Below, in pieces: positions 13,801-27,000 of a stretch of DNA of 64,000 nt. The first letter of the stretch is position 1. Every line of letters starts with the position of its first letter. This DNA comes from Raillietiella orientalis. Taxonomy: Eukaryota. The position numbers were made by a program, and so were the translations under genes. The notes beneath the pieces are model-generated. The model did not search any database, was not told the origin of the DNA, and saw only the letters and a program-made list of their open reading frames with translations. The stretch is taken from NCBI GenBank assembly GCA_036172245.1, contig JAYWIR010000035.1, positions 1,798,001-1,862,000 on the forward strand, written 5' to 3'.

Positions 13801-14767
13801 ATTTCTTCATCCTAAGCTCCGATGACCTTGGCGACCTTCATTTAAAAAGACTGAATGCATGAGGAACCCTGTGGGAGGGAAAGGGAACACCTTGGGAGTC
13901 CTATCAGAGATGAAAGGAAAACATCCCGGATCAGTGCTGGAGCTCGTGTAAGCGTCGCGTGTGAGCTGTGTGGTTCTTATAAGACCGGATGACGGCGAGC
14001 ACAGCGCCAGTATCTCCAGAGAAGAGCAGCAACTGAATTGGGGATGTCTCGTAATCTGCACGCCGGATGGGAATGAGATTTGTTGCAAGAATAGTCGCTT
14101 TCAAGTAGCAACGCTGTCCCCAAGTAGGGAGCTCCGGACAGCGCTTGAGGAGGCTGGGTGAACCAGAGATGTAAGCGACGCGAGACCTCTTACACAAATT
14201 TTCTTTCGGTGCCCCGAAATTTGCGTATTCGTTTTGTTTGGAAAGAGTCAGAGTCATCATCATCGGAAAAGGAAGAAAGAAAGAAACCGTCATCATCATC
14301 GACTACCCCATCATTTGCATCCTGTGCGACGATTTGTTTTGTGGAAGCCACGTTGCAAAATCTGAATTCCAACGGAAATGCTTCCCATGTGAGGCCAAAT
14401 CTCGCCGCGGTATTTTTTCTAAATTTTTTTCGTTGATGATTCATGATTTTGAATGAAAGCGCCGTTTCCATAGGATCCGCGCTTCGCGAGGGAAGCTGTG
14501 CGATTTGCTCTTTTCTCTTGTCAACTCGAGATGAGTGAAGAATTATGCAACTGCTTTACGAAGAAAATAAGCTCGCACTTCCGTTTCAGATTTGATTAAA
14601 AAAAAAAAAAAAAAAAGAAAGAAAGAAATTCATCGTAACTTCTCGATGCTCTAAACGCGAGAAGTGTTATAAAATTCCCCTATTGCGTCCATGTGCGAAT
14701 ACACGGGAAGAAGATCTGTTCGTTAAAAGTCCTCCTAACTAAAGAAAAATGAATCCATACTTAAACC

Positions 14768-14814
14768 TTTTTTTTTTTTTTTTTCCTTTAAAAAAAAAAA
14801 AAAAAAAAAAAAAA
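14768..14814. repeat. T17-CCTTT-A25 fold-back homopolymer
   Basis: Directly visible in the sequence. Confidence 0.9.
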
Positions 14815-16833
14815 GTTCATCTTTCATTCCTTTTTTCCCCCCCTCTTCCAAACCTGATTTCCCTGCGAACCGGAAGAAAATTCAAGAATTTCACCGCTCG
14901 GCAGAATCCACCGCGGGTCCGCGAGCCGGTTATGCAAAAAACGGAAACGTCTTATACTATGTGGTGGTCCAGTCTCCAGGTATTGCTAGTAAGGTGAGAG
15001 GATGCGATGTAGCTGCACGAGCTTTCCGTGCAGGGCTGGCTCATCTGATCCGCGAAGGCAATGAGATGGAAACCGACATGGTCAAGACAAGCCGTTCCTG
15101 TGGCGGAACCGCCGACCGCCTGAAGAATTCTTCTTGGTTTTTTCAAAGGTGAGTGCATTTTTCGGGAATCGGAAATACCACGTGGCTGCTGTTGCATCCG
15201 AAAGTGGCAATGGCTCTTACGTATACGGAGGAGGAGAGAGCTTGAGTGCGTCCGCGTACCGATCCTTTTGTGGGCTTGCGCGTACATTGCCGAAACTTTA
15301 AGGTAAGATTCTTTTTTCTTTTTCCCATGTTTCCACGGCGTTAGCCGCGAGTTCCGCGATACAAAGTTCCGTTCAAGAGAAGGAAGGGGGGAAGAAGAGG
15401 GGGAGAGGTCGAGGGGGCGGGGGAAGGGGAACGAAACTTTGGTTTGCAGATTTTGTTGTTTTGCAATTGCAGATCGCTATCTTCACCTTCATATTTGCGT
15501 CTTGCGATTTCGAACAAGAGACCAAAGCGATTCGAAATTGAAAAGTCCCTTCTGCATTTCGGTGGGGGGGGGGGGGAGAAAAAAAAAAAAAAGAAAAGCA
15601 AAAAAAACAAAAAAACAAAAAAAAAACGATGCTCGTTCATGAATCAGTGGAAACACTGATTTCGCTTGTGCAGTGTCAAACGGCGAGACAAAAAGAGACG
15701 GCGGACTCGAGAGTCGCACAGGGAATTTTCCTCCTGCTTCGATGAAACATGGGGTGCTGCACCTAAAATAAATTCTTGACAGTTGTCAGCATTTTCAAAG
15801 ATGAGGTTGCCGTGGTTTCGGATCAAAGAGGTGGCGTCCGACTTGGACCAGAGCGTAAGGAGCCCGGCAATCTCAAAAGCAAGCAGCCGTCGTAACTCGC
15901 TTTTCTGTGGGGAAGCTGCATCACCGGCAGCTTTCTAAATTAGCGTGCAGGGACGGCTCCATTGTCCCGTTACTCCGTTTTTTCTTCCATGCTAATGAAT
16001 TCGATTAACATCGCTGGAGCACAACTGGACGGGACACGAGAAAGGAAATGAAAAGATAACTATCCAATCCCATGATGAATCTCAACAGTTTCTGTCTCAT
16101 TCGCTCGCTGTCCACGGCAGCCATTTTTGCACACACGCGTTCATTCTTTCCGATACTCCTTGGCGGCGACTGAAAGCCTCCTCTGATCTTCGGCAGCGAA
16201 TCCAGCGGTTCTCAAGTGTCGCCTCCGTGTCTGCCATTGAGATATCATAATTTAGGCATAAATAATTCGTTGAATCCCCCATCGATGCCGTCTCGCAGAG
16301 GCTGCAGGCACATTCGGCAATTTTTCAAGTCAGAGTGACATTTTTCGTCCACCTATACTGCACACTCAATGGAGCTGTTGCTGCCTTTCTTTCTTTCGCA
16401 ATAGCTTCATCTACATTGTAAATGGCGAGACTGTTTGACCTGCGTGATGCATTGCAATTTATCAGTGGTCATCTCGGAGGATCCTCCTGCTCGAAACTTG
16501 TCTCTTTCGGGTGCACCGGGACGTCCTCTGCAGGTGTTGAGAATGGAGGACAGATGGTCCGCGATCCTCGGCAGACTCCTGGATCGCTTGCTGGCACCGC
16601 GTCCCAGTTTTCGTGTCGAGGGTGATCTGGGAGCTGCTCAATGCAAATGCGTTTCCGATAAACGTGAAGCACATTTTGCAACTTTCGAAATTGGTTCGTT
16701 AGCTCCGTATCTGCATTGAAATTTAGATCACGGAAGCACTGGAGCTGCTTCCGCGCACGAGGAGGAAAAGCAGCATTTGCGCCACGCTGCTTTTTTATCG
16801 TTCCGTTTTAAAACGTCAAAGGAAAGCAGTTTC

Positions 16834-16836
<3 letters not shown>

Positions 16837-16868
<32 letters not shown>
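16837..16868. repeat. (CT)16 microsatellite
   Basis: Directly visible in the sequence. Confidence 0.95.
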
Positions 16869-16873
<5 letters not shown>

Positions 16874-18995
16874 CGTCTCTCTCCCCCCTTCGTCTTCTAA
16901 ACTCAGATGAGGTTAATCCACACGGAGAAAGCAGCTTCGTGAACAAGCTTATTTGCATAAAACGGGCAACTTTGTGAAGCGATCCGACCGAGGGTCACTC
17001 CAGCATCATTTGAAGTACGCGGAGCGTAAGGGAGATTTATCCGAAGATATTGCGTTTGCTACTTTTTGCCAACATCCTTTGCAAGCCACCAATTTATTTT
17101 ATTCTTCGTTGTCAATGCCGATAGCTAGAAATAGAAGACTGAGAGCGAAACTCCGGGCAAAAAACTTATTGCGTGAAGCTTTAAGAAGTTACGCTCGACG
17201 CACAATGAATACGTACATTACGGTATGTATGTATGTATATTGTGTGTCTGTGTGTGCATTGCACCCATACACTCGTAAAGTCGGGTGATAAAGGATCTCG
17301 AGGTTTATCACCTAACATAATCTGAGGAAAGCAGGCAAAAAAAAAGGGAGGGGAGGGGGAAAGGGGATGAGATGAAATAGTAAAAAAAGGAAAAGCACAG
17401 CTGCAAAACAGAACGTTTCTTTCGCTTTACATACGAAAACTTTCGGGAAATCTGTTTTCGTCCCTATTCTTATGGAGAGCACCTGAGAACTCGCTTCAGA
17501 CATCATTGCAATAACATTTCATTCTCCAGTCCGCATCATTTCGTCATGTAATCTGGCGGGAAACGCCATCTCCAGCTGTTTTCGCTTCTGCAGCCCCCCC
17601 CCCCCCCAAATGAAAATCCGAATTCCATAAAAACAAGAAGATTAGAAGGAGAATCCATCGCGTTTCACTTTAAACGCTGCATGCAAGAACGCTCCGTTCG
17701 GAATTCTTTCAGCAAAACCAATGTCTCGAAGGCTGTGTTTGACGATCTTGCCGTGTGTGTTCTCTCTCCCCCCCCCCTTTCCCCCCCCGTAAATCCGCCT
17801 TCCTCTCGTACCAGTCCAGCCTGTTTTGTGCCGTTTTCCCCCCATTCAGCAGTAACTGAATGGGAATCGGTCCATTCACACGTTGCGGGAAACAAAATGC
17901 TCCCCTCGAAATCATCTCTGCCCAAGCCGCAACCTGTTGTAATCTGTTTACTGCAACGCTCCTCCCGTCGCAAGCGGAATCGTCGTTAAGGAACAAACTT
18001 GCGATCCAGGAAACCCGAAGCGTGCTGCAATCAAACGGAATTCCAGCACTAGAATTTGGATCTGGACGAAACGCCTTCTAATTGCAATATCCAAAAGCAA
18101 CTTTCAATCAAATAGCTGCTGGAAAGAGCTCGGCTTCCAGGTCTTCGGGATTCTCACGACTATGGGACTCGGAAACGAGATGTTTAATTGTCTATCAAAA
18201 GAAGAACCCAACCCCCGAAGGACGTCATAGGGAACACGAAATTCGATTTTGATTGGATTGTGACTGACGTTTCAATCACCGTTCTTTCTTTCTCTCTTGT
18301 TTTTTTTTTTTTTTTTTTTTTTTTTTTGTGCAGATACGAATTGCTACTACAATATTTTGTGTCGAGATCAAATTACCTCATAGAAAATGGGGTGTGAGAA
18401 TACATATATTAAGGTTGCTGTTGAATGGGTACAAGAGAAGACGGTTCTCGTCTGCTGGGATTCGGAAGCTTCCGAAGAGATCCGGAGCATTTCCGGTGTT
18501 TACAGTTCTGCAACAGATTGAGCGAAATCAATCTGACTGGAGCGCACGGTGTAATTTGGTTGGGATTGGTTTGGACGCTCGGAATTTAAATGGGCCCATC
18601 CAGGGCAGGAAACATCTCAGTGTACCCAGCTGGTGCTTAATTTGGAGCTACAGCGCTGGCGCTCTTGTTTCATGGCTGACCGGGCAATTTTGCCTTCGTT
18701 TGTCCGGACAGGAAACTGTCGTTCTTGGAGAGTTCCTCGCTTCTGCTTAAGAAAGGATGGGAACGTGGAAGTGGAGATGACCCAGTGGCGCAATTTATTA
18801 CTTAATTGAGTTGGTTTCCTGAGTGCCGTTCCTGCGCACGGAACCAGTTCGCGAAGCTTCCTCGTCTCCGGGCCCCCGAATCTGCAGAGAGAGACGCGGT
18901 AAACAGGTGCGCCTTTTCCTTGATCTGAACGATCAGATACCGTGGAGCACTCGTTAGCCTGCCGTGATCTGTATCAAGAAAACCAATTGCAAGAA

Positions 18996-19050
18996 ATCCA
19001 ACAGCAAGATGTCCGGTTCAAGAAACTTGGCCAGGTCACGCAAGCCTCAT
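18996..19050 (-). pseudogene. ABC ATPase (ABC-F-like) Walker-B-like fragment
   Basis: MRLA followed by a frameshifted LAKFLEPDILLLD resembles MRLALA.ALF..PD.LLLDEP. The catalytic E and the other ABC motifs are not seen, so this is an isolated motif. Confidence 0.25.
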
Positions 19051-19699
19051 TTTGACAGTAGCTGTCTTGGCTACTGATGTTGTTGGCAGGACAAAAAATG
19101 CATCCGTGGCTCTGATTCTGCCATCGGTCCAGATCCTGTCATAGTTGGAATTTCTGGTGTGATGGAGCTGATGAAACGATAACTGGGCTGGAGCGCTCGC
19201 CATGTGAATTTAAAGCAGGCGGACAAAGGCACACCGGAAGCAAATGGCACCGATCGCTTGTGTCAAGAAACGAAAGGAGTTTCCACAGGCCGACGGAAGT
19301 CGTTCGCTCTATGAGGAGGCCCTCGTCTTTCGACTCCCGCGTTTGCGAGACCATCACGGCTTCTCGTTTCTCTCGACAAGATTCAGGATGGTCGGATGCA
19401 GCAGCTCACTGTTGCACAGTCCTCACGAACGCTGCCCTACTCTTGCCTTCAAGTAGGACGAAAGGTTGCTGGAAGATAACACATTCCAATCCCGAATCTT
19501 CAGACTGGGGTGATGCACTGAATCGAGGAAACCCCAGCGAGGTTTTGATGTGTAGGAGCAGAAGACCCCAACGTGTCCCGCATCCACCCCTTCGAGATGG
19601 GAACGTGAAGAGTTCGAAGAATGGGTTCATAGAGGCGTCCGACACCGCGAAAGCTCCGCCGGAACCACCAGCAAAATTCAACCGGGGAAAAACTCTTTA

Positions 19700-20240
19700 A
19701 ACATCATCATGAAATAAAATCTATCAATAATTTCACAATCCTTCCCCAATCACATCCTCCAACACACATTAAAGTAAAATATATAACTATCAAACTTACT
19801 CTCCAAATGAATCCATAACTGAACACTACTATAGCATGAAATTTGTCTGATCCATTAACATTCCCTTCACACTATACTCCATTCACATCCCATTACTCAT
19901 TAAATTAGCCCATTCCCTAACAATTGAATGAACGCTACATAAAAATTGAAAATTTTTCTATAAATCACCACCCACCAAACAAACCACCTCGTAACCCCAC
20001 AGTGGTGTCACATTTGGTATATCGTGATTTCGGTTGAATGTAAAATTGGTGGGATGTAATGGTGAAAGGTTGAATAAAGTGAAGGTTTTGATGTTGATTA
20101 GATGATTTTTAAATCCGCTGCTAGAATAGGTAAAAATTAGTTTAATAGAATATTTTGTTTAGCAAAGAGCATTTAAAATTTATATGGTTCGTATGAGTTG
20201 GTTACTTTTGATTTTTATTTTTGAGTAGTTGGGTTTTCTC
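19700..20240. promoter_or_regulatory. AT-rich island with mirror GC-skew switch at about 20005; candidate bidirectional promoter or decayed inverted repeat
   Basis: The left half is A/C-rich with only about 12 G in 19741-19980. The right half is G/T-rich with only about 12 C in 20021-20240. The island is flanked by divergently oriented coding-like remnants. Confidence 0.4.
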
Positions 20241-20248
20241 AGTGGGAA

Positions 20249-21050
20249 GTGATCGGATCTTCGACGGGCCCGTGTGTTCCGCGAGCGCTCCTGGATGAAT
20301 TTCGGACATTTGGTGTCGGTGCGTTAGGAAGTGGGAAGGTCATTATTCCGGTCCCGAGGCCATCCATCCCGCCCGTCCCGAAAGAGAATTCTTACGTTTC
20401 CAGTCGAATCGGATCTCATCCGAAAGTTCGCGAAGGTGTGGATCCATTAGTGGACGGGAGGGGAGGGGATTTCGTTTCCTTGATCGGTGAGCGTGGTGCA
20501 GTTTTGCCTGATGGATCCTCATTAAGAGTACGTGGTAAGGTATCTCAGCAACCGAGGGTGAGAAATTATGGGATAAGCTGCAAACAGGATGCAGATTAAA
20601 GACTCCGCACAGCTTTATAGCGGGGCTGGCACGAGTTCTGCGGCAACGCCGGTGTTCGGTGGTCAAACTCTGTTCAGTGTCCCGAAGAGGTTTAGCACGA
20701 ACTCTACCATCTCGGGAGGAATGCTGAGGGAAGGAGACTGGATTGATCAAGGGACCTGTGAAATCATTTTAATGAGACGGAAGGCAGTGATGGACATTCA
20801 GTGCTAATGGAATGATGTATGGTCGATGGCAGTTGTTTTAATTAGACGTTTCCGTGATGCTGTAGAGCGTGCGATGAAGACACTGAAAGCAAGATGGTTG
20901 CTGATCTTCGGGAACGAGATCACGATTCCTGTCTTTAGATTGCCATCTCCTTACCGTCGTTGTTTCTTAGAGCCCTAAGAGCTGCGCGACAAATGGCAAA
21001 TTCACCGAGCGGACTGCAATACCAACCCGAACGCTTCGTTTTATCGAAAG
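20249..21050 (+). pseudogene. Decayed Ser/Thr protein kinase-like remnant (CAMK/AMPK-like pattern)
   Basis: Collinear subdomain ghosts over about 260 codons: RTFGVGALGSGKV (I), SHPKV (IV), GGDFVSLIGERGAVLPD (V), DVWSMAVVL (IX) and GLQYQPER (XI). There is a frameshift near 20590 and stops at 20805 and about 20976. VAIK, HRD, DFG and APE are not recognisable. Confidence 0.4.
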
Positions 21051-24000
21051 ATTCGAAAATGGCGGAATAGAGATGGAGTCCATCAGTGCGTTAAGGGTTT
21101 GTGGCATTGGATTGGAAGGAAGTGCCCTCGAGGCGTGTTGAGCTACGAGAGAAGAGAACGTGAGCAATTTTCATGAACCTGTAATGTGAAAAACGAAATA
21201 AAATAGAATAAAAACGATTTACTCGTCCTCCTTTCCAAGGTATCGCACTTGGACCTTGAGAAACGCTACAGATAAGCTATAAATAATGCATTACTTCCGG
21301 CTCGTTTGTTTTCCACAGCTTCTTTTCCAGTTTCCAAGGAAATGATGTTTCGCTGACAGATTACTGTAGGTTTCGATTTGATTTGCAATTTCTCAATATG
21401 ACACCCAAATATGCCCTCTGCCGCCCAGAGAAGATTGACTTCTTGGGAAACGTGGAAGATGAGAAATATCTGAAGCCGAGCGGCCATACGGAAGAGTGGC
21501 AAAGACCATCCTTAACACCATCCCGAATGTATCTCTGAGCTTTCATTCGATGTCCTCGGAGTGTGTGCCGTCATGGAGGTTATTGTGCCTGTTATTTCCA
21601 GGACTTGATTTGTTTTTATGTGTGACCCCTTTTGGACGAAAAGGAGGGGGGAGGGGGGAAAGTCAAGTCAGTCGTTATAAATGAAGTATCAGTAGGCTGC
21701 AAGCCGAACTGTAATGAGATTTTGAAAAAGGTTTCCAAAGATGGCACAGAATCCAATGTACGGACAAGAGCAAATTGTCGAAGGGCCTCACGGGGACGTC
21801 GCATCCACTCTCGTATCACATGCGTTAGCTGTTTGTACACCACTGGTCATGGAATGGTCGAAAAGAAAAACGCTACGGATTATTCAAGCTTAGTAATGGG
21901 AGGTTTTTTCAACGAAAAATCATGTATGAAGCCAAAGAAAAAAAACAAAAACAAATCCACTTCGTAAAGCTAAGCACCTACGCAAACAGGCGACGATGTT
22001 TCCAAGGCATTTCTAAAATCGATCACGTGACAAATGAAATACCGGAAAAACGCAAATCGCAAAAGCAGCAACAAACCAAAATTTGAGTATTTAGATAATA
22101 TTTTATATATTTGGAATGTGTAAAACGAGAGTAAGTCGACCGAAGGCTGCACAAGTCGCAGCATGTGGAGCAGCATCCGTTTCGGTAGATAACTGGCCGG
22201 ATTCTCAGAGGATGCGATGGAATGGACTCCTTCAAAACTCGTTAACGGGTCCGGAAGGCGCAGTTTGAAAAATGGCAGTTTCTGAATACACGATCATTAT
22301 GATGCTGAAGCCCAGCGAGTGCATTTTTGTAGAGTGAAGTCGTAGCGTGTTGATTAATTTATCGGCCCCACAACATGCTAACCAATCGGCTGATATCCAA
22401 AGAGCTTTCCCAGAAAAAGCGGTGCCTATTTGCATAGGTTGCACATGACGAAAAGCCTCAATCCTACTCACCCCTACCTACCAGCATTTTCGCATGGGAA
22501 GGGAACATTCTCGCCCATTCGATAGCATGAACACTGGTGATCGTCCGGAACCCGAATCGAAAAGAGGAACACCTAGAAGGGAAGGTGTTCGCGACGTCGT
22601 TGTGATTCCGACTTGCACGGTGTTTCCCCCCCCCCATCCTGCCCACTCAAAGCCCCACTCTCCCATCACATCCACGCCAATTCGGTTTCGGCGCTTTTGC
22701 CGCCTTCTGAGCTTCCCGAAAGTCTCCCGTCGAAGTGATGAGAGGAAACTGTCTTTATTCGAAATCAGTCGAGATTAATCCGGATGAGTGTGCCTTTTTC
22801 CGATTCCATTCACCGGATTGTTTTTTGTGTCTTCGAGGTAAAGTCAACACGGGTCGACTTCTTTTTACGCTGTTGGCCACTCAGCTAATGGCTATCGTGT
22901 TGCGCACGCCGGTTCGTGAAGGATACGGAAGAGGAAAACCAAGTTGACTCGCCAGCAGCGTGCAATGCGAACGACAGGTTTCGACTGGGAAGCAGAAACC
23001 CGAAGGCCGAGAAGATGCTTGGGATAGAACAACCTCTTCGCGCATCCTGGCACACGGAACTCTTTCCTAGAAGGTGTGCATTCGTATTCTCCGTGCTCTA
23101 TCGATTCCTCGTCAGCTCGGCTGAAAGATGCCCTGAGCACTTCTTGTTTTGATTCTCTTTTTTTTTTTTTTTTTTTCTTTCTCTCGCCGCAAATACTTTG
23201 CGCTCAAACAGATGGGTTCGAAATTACCGTCACTTCGAAAGTACCTGAACGCATGAATCCATAAATCTACCGAAATCGTATAAATCAACGTGGAATTGAC
23301 GCGTAACCAGGTGAGGAGGGATCGGTGGAAGATGCTACGGGGTCTCTGTGCCGCAGTCTCCGAAGCCGTCCGCTTTGCATGGGATGGGAAGATTGTCATT
23401 CCAATATTCCCATGATAAATAACTGATTGGTCGGATGAATTATGGTCCAGAAATTTCACTTCCATTCTTCACGATTTACATCAAAACGCTCACATCCCGC
23501 CGCACTGCTCGCAGCACGGGAACAAACAATTAGCGGAGCAGTTGACCAAAAATCAATCACGGCCTCGATGGCCGCTCGTCGGGATGGCGCAAAAACATGA
23601 ACGGGAACCGCTGCTCCCCGAGCAGGGCAGCACTCGCTTTCGCCCGCACTCGCGAGCCGGGTCGAGCTCGCTGCAAAGTTCGAGCTTTATTTGTTTACTG
23701 CTCTCTGAGGAATACCTCAGAGTTTCACCTCAAGCACGGCTTCGCCTTTTGGTCATCTTCTTCGAGCCGCGGAATTCCACCGTCAGAGTCGTCCCGCTCC
23801 TTTCGGAGGTTCTTGACTTGTTTCGTTTACCCACCTCGCTCGCCAGCTGCCCGTTTTCTATTTCGCTGTCTCGTACAAAGAAGCGGAAATCGTATAAACT
23901 CTTAATTAACCGGCTGTCTGTGTTTACGATTTAACAGTGCTCCACAGTTCGCGGGGCACGGTGGTGCCTTTGGTTCCTGTAGCTGGTCGTTATCCTTTCT

Positions 24001-27000
24001 CCCGAAATACCTGCCGATTTTATTACATGTAGTAGGTTCTGCCTGTTTTAGTGCTCTGCCAGCCTACTCCAGGCCTATCGTGCCCTTCCATCTTTCTCGC
24101 ATTCATAAAATAGTGAATTCCGTATTGGCTGAAACAAGGAAGGTCAACCGTTTTATCAAGATTGTAATTTCATCCGGTCGGCTCTTCCCATCCCGTCACG
24201 GATCATCTTGCATTTCATCACACGTCCAAGATGCGAGTAAATAAAATGTAGAAGAGAAAAATTGCCTGTTGCGCATATCACATCGTTTGAACTTTGTGAC
24301 AGTGACCACTTGCGCGGCCATTTTGTCGGCGAATTGCCATCGGTGCTTCTCAGCGGGAGATATCGCCTTTGTTGCTGCTCCTCCCCGCTCGCATCTAAAA
24401 ACGAATTCTATCTACGAAGCGAGGCGCTTCTACTGAATTCTATCATTGATGATTCGGTTGTGTCCGTCTGCCCGAGCGAACAACGAATCCCACCTTCCAC
24501 CAATTCATTCGGAGCACACGAAGCACTCCTTGCCGAGGATTTCCGTTCCCGTGGAGTTTCGAACGTCTTCCCGTTCCGAGTCGGAGGCCACATCGAGAGC
24601 GCGCGCGCGCGCGGTTGGCCCCCTCCGTTCCGAAAAGTGACCACCGATGCATCAAGCAATGGGCCTGACCGTGTGGGAACGTGCGCGACACCGACTCCTC
24701 CGCAGCTTTCCACCCGGATGATGATGCCCGTGATCGGCGAAACATCTGACGTTTTTTTATCAACAACCGTGGTTTCGCCTTTCCTTTTTTCCTGTTCCGA
24801 GGACGGTCGGGGATTCTCGATCGCACCGGAGGGTGACTTCGCGTGCTTCGAGCGCTGCTGCCCTTCCTGAGCGAAGACTCGGATCAGCCGACTCTTCGCG
24901 GTCAGCCGAACGTTTTCTTGCGAGGGCTGCGCGATCCCAAATTCCAGGCTTCCAGAGGGAATCCCTCTCTGGCAACGCATCGGAAGGTTGTGGACGCGTG
25001 TGAGAAGTCCCTTCTGCTGTTCCTCAATCGAATAAAAATCGACGACCGCAACTGATGCGTTTAGGTCAGGGAATAGCCCACCAGAAGATTTGACCAGACG
25101 CTCGAGTCCGGCGTCTCCACCTTGTCATTGGGAACAATCGTCGCATTTAAGAAGATTTCTTCCCTCGTTCGCAGGCTTCACATCTTCGTGTGTTGCTCGG
25201 ATTTGTGTGTGTGTCTCTCTCTCTGTCTCTCTCACCCCTTCTGCTTTTGTGTGCTCGCTCGCGCAAACCGATGCTTAGAAAGTTGTAGATCACTTATCTC
25301 GGGGAGCCAGTGCAGCTTTTCCCAAGCGTGAATGAATCAGATAGCTGTCGATGAAAGCACTCGAGTGTACCAGAGACATTCAACTTGCACCGAATAGGCG
25401 ATGACCACCCATTGAGACGAAGCAAGCGCTTTGGTGTGAAAAATGAGAAGGAAAATTCGATTCCGCCGACGATCCGTCTTTCAGGAAAACAGATGAATGG
25501 GAAGCAATTATCCGCATCACCATAAAATATTAAAGCAACCCAATAAGCGATGATTTAGGAGTTTTCATTTGGGCTGCCATCGAAATTAGCAGGAGGCTGA
25601 AGAGCGCTGTTGTTCCGCGTCTCACTCGTGCCGGACGTACGAGGCGTGTTCCTCCGCAGCCGGCTGAGATCCGCTCGCCGTCGGCGCTCCTGGGAAAGAC
25701 AACGCGCGCGTCTTTCGAGTGCCAGGAGAGTAGTAGTGGCTCGGGAAGAAGCGACATCGGACTCGCTCGCATCACACGTCCCGGCAGATGGACGCTTCGT
25801 CGTACTCACCGCTCCTCCTTTGCCACCGACTGCTATCTCTTCGCCACCGGGGTCGACAGGAGGGGGGTCCCAGGGTTTTTCCCACCGGTGCGAGCGCGCG
25901 TTCGGAGATGGCAATTTCTGCAGAGCCCTCGTGCAGCAAGCCGTCTCCGAGCGTGGAACCCGTGAGTTCCACGCGTGCTGAGCGAGTCAGCTGATTCCTG
26001 CACCCTGCACCCAGGGAACGAGCAGGCTCAGTTCCTCTTCCCTACTCGACTTGCCGCGGTCGAACGCGCCTCAGGCGTAGCTCCGAAGATTCTTCCCTTC
26101 CTCTCCGACGGGGGCAACCTCTTCGCCGGAGAAGCGCTCCTATAGGCCGGGCCGGTGGATTGGCCACGGCAGGATGATCCGAAGGGAGGATGCGCGCGGA
26201 GGAGTGGCACCGACAACTTCTGCCTGTGCCTTTGGTTGTGGCGCGCCGCGTCTGAGCGGCCCTCGCGCAGTCGTTCCGGGACGGAATATCCGTGTCGCGG
26301 AGTGACGGGGAACGTCACTTCCGCAGCTCCGGCGGCCCAAGCCACGAAAGGAAAAATCCATTTCTCTGCTTCTAGGTTTCTTCCGAGTGGCAGCCGGAGT
26401 ACCCAGCGCCGATCCTGTGGTGTCTCGGAGAGGCAGATAACGGCGTGACGTCTGATGCTACAGAAACAATGAACGAGCAAGGTGAGGATGAAAGCGTCCT
26501 CTTAAAATGCTGATTATTCGTGATGATGGTAATGGAAGAGCGAAATCCTTCATTAATGTCATCTTCCTCCCTCCCCCACTTCATGGGAAGAATACACTTT
26601 GGGGGCTGATTTTTGATCCCGCCCGAGACTTTGGACATTTCTTATCGCAGGGGGAGGGAGGGATCGCTGATCAGCACTGCGTCAAACCCATCTCATTGTT
26701 TTTTTTCTTTCTTTCTTTCCTTCTTCCCCCTCCCCACGTGCTATTGTCCCGTCCTCACAATTAAACGGAGCAGCTCCATGCGAAAAGATAAGCCGCTCCA
26801 GCATCTGACGCTCGCGGGCCGTGCGAGCCACACCACACTCTCTCTTCGCACTCCTGAGACTACTCAGGTCAGCCACCTCGCAAACACCCCTTACAGCTGC
26901 ACGCGTTGCTGCTGCTGCTGCCAAGCGAGGCAGCAGCAGCTGGGCAGCGGCTTCTCCTTTCCTTCCACCCTTTGTGTTTGGAAACTGCCCCATCGCTCGA

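Noticed and set aside
21179..21222. 44-nt GT..AG mini-intron-like segment on the minus strand
   Set aside because: The flanking frames give no coherent open protein.
22360..22400. WD40-like peptide DWLACCGADKLI (minus strand)
   Set aside because: One isolated partial repeat with no gene model.
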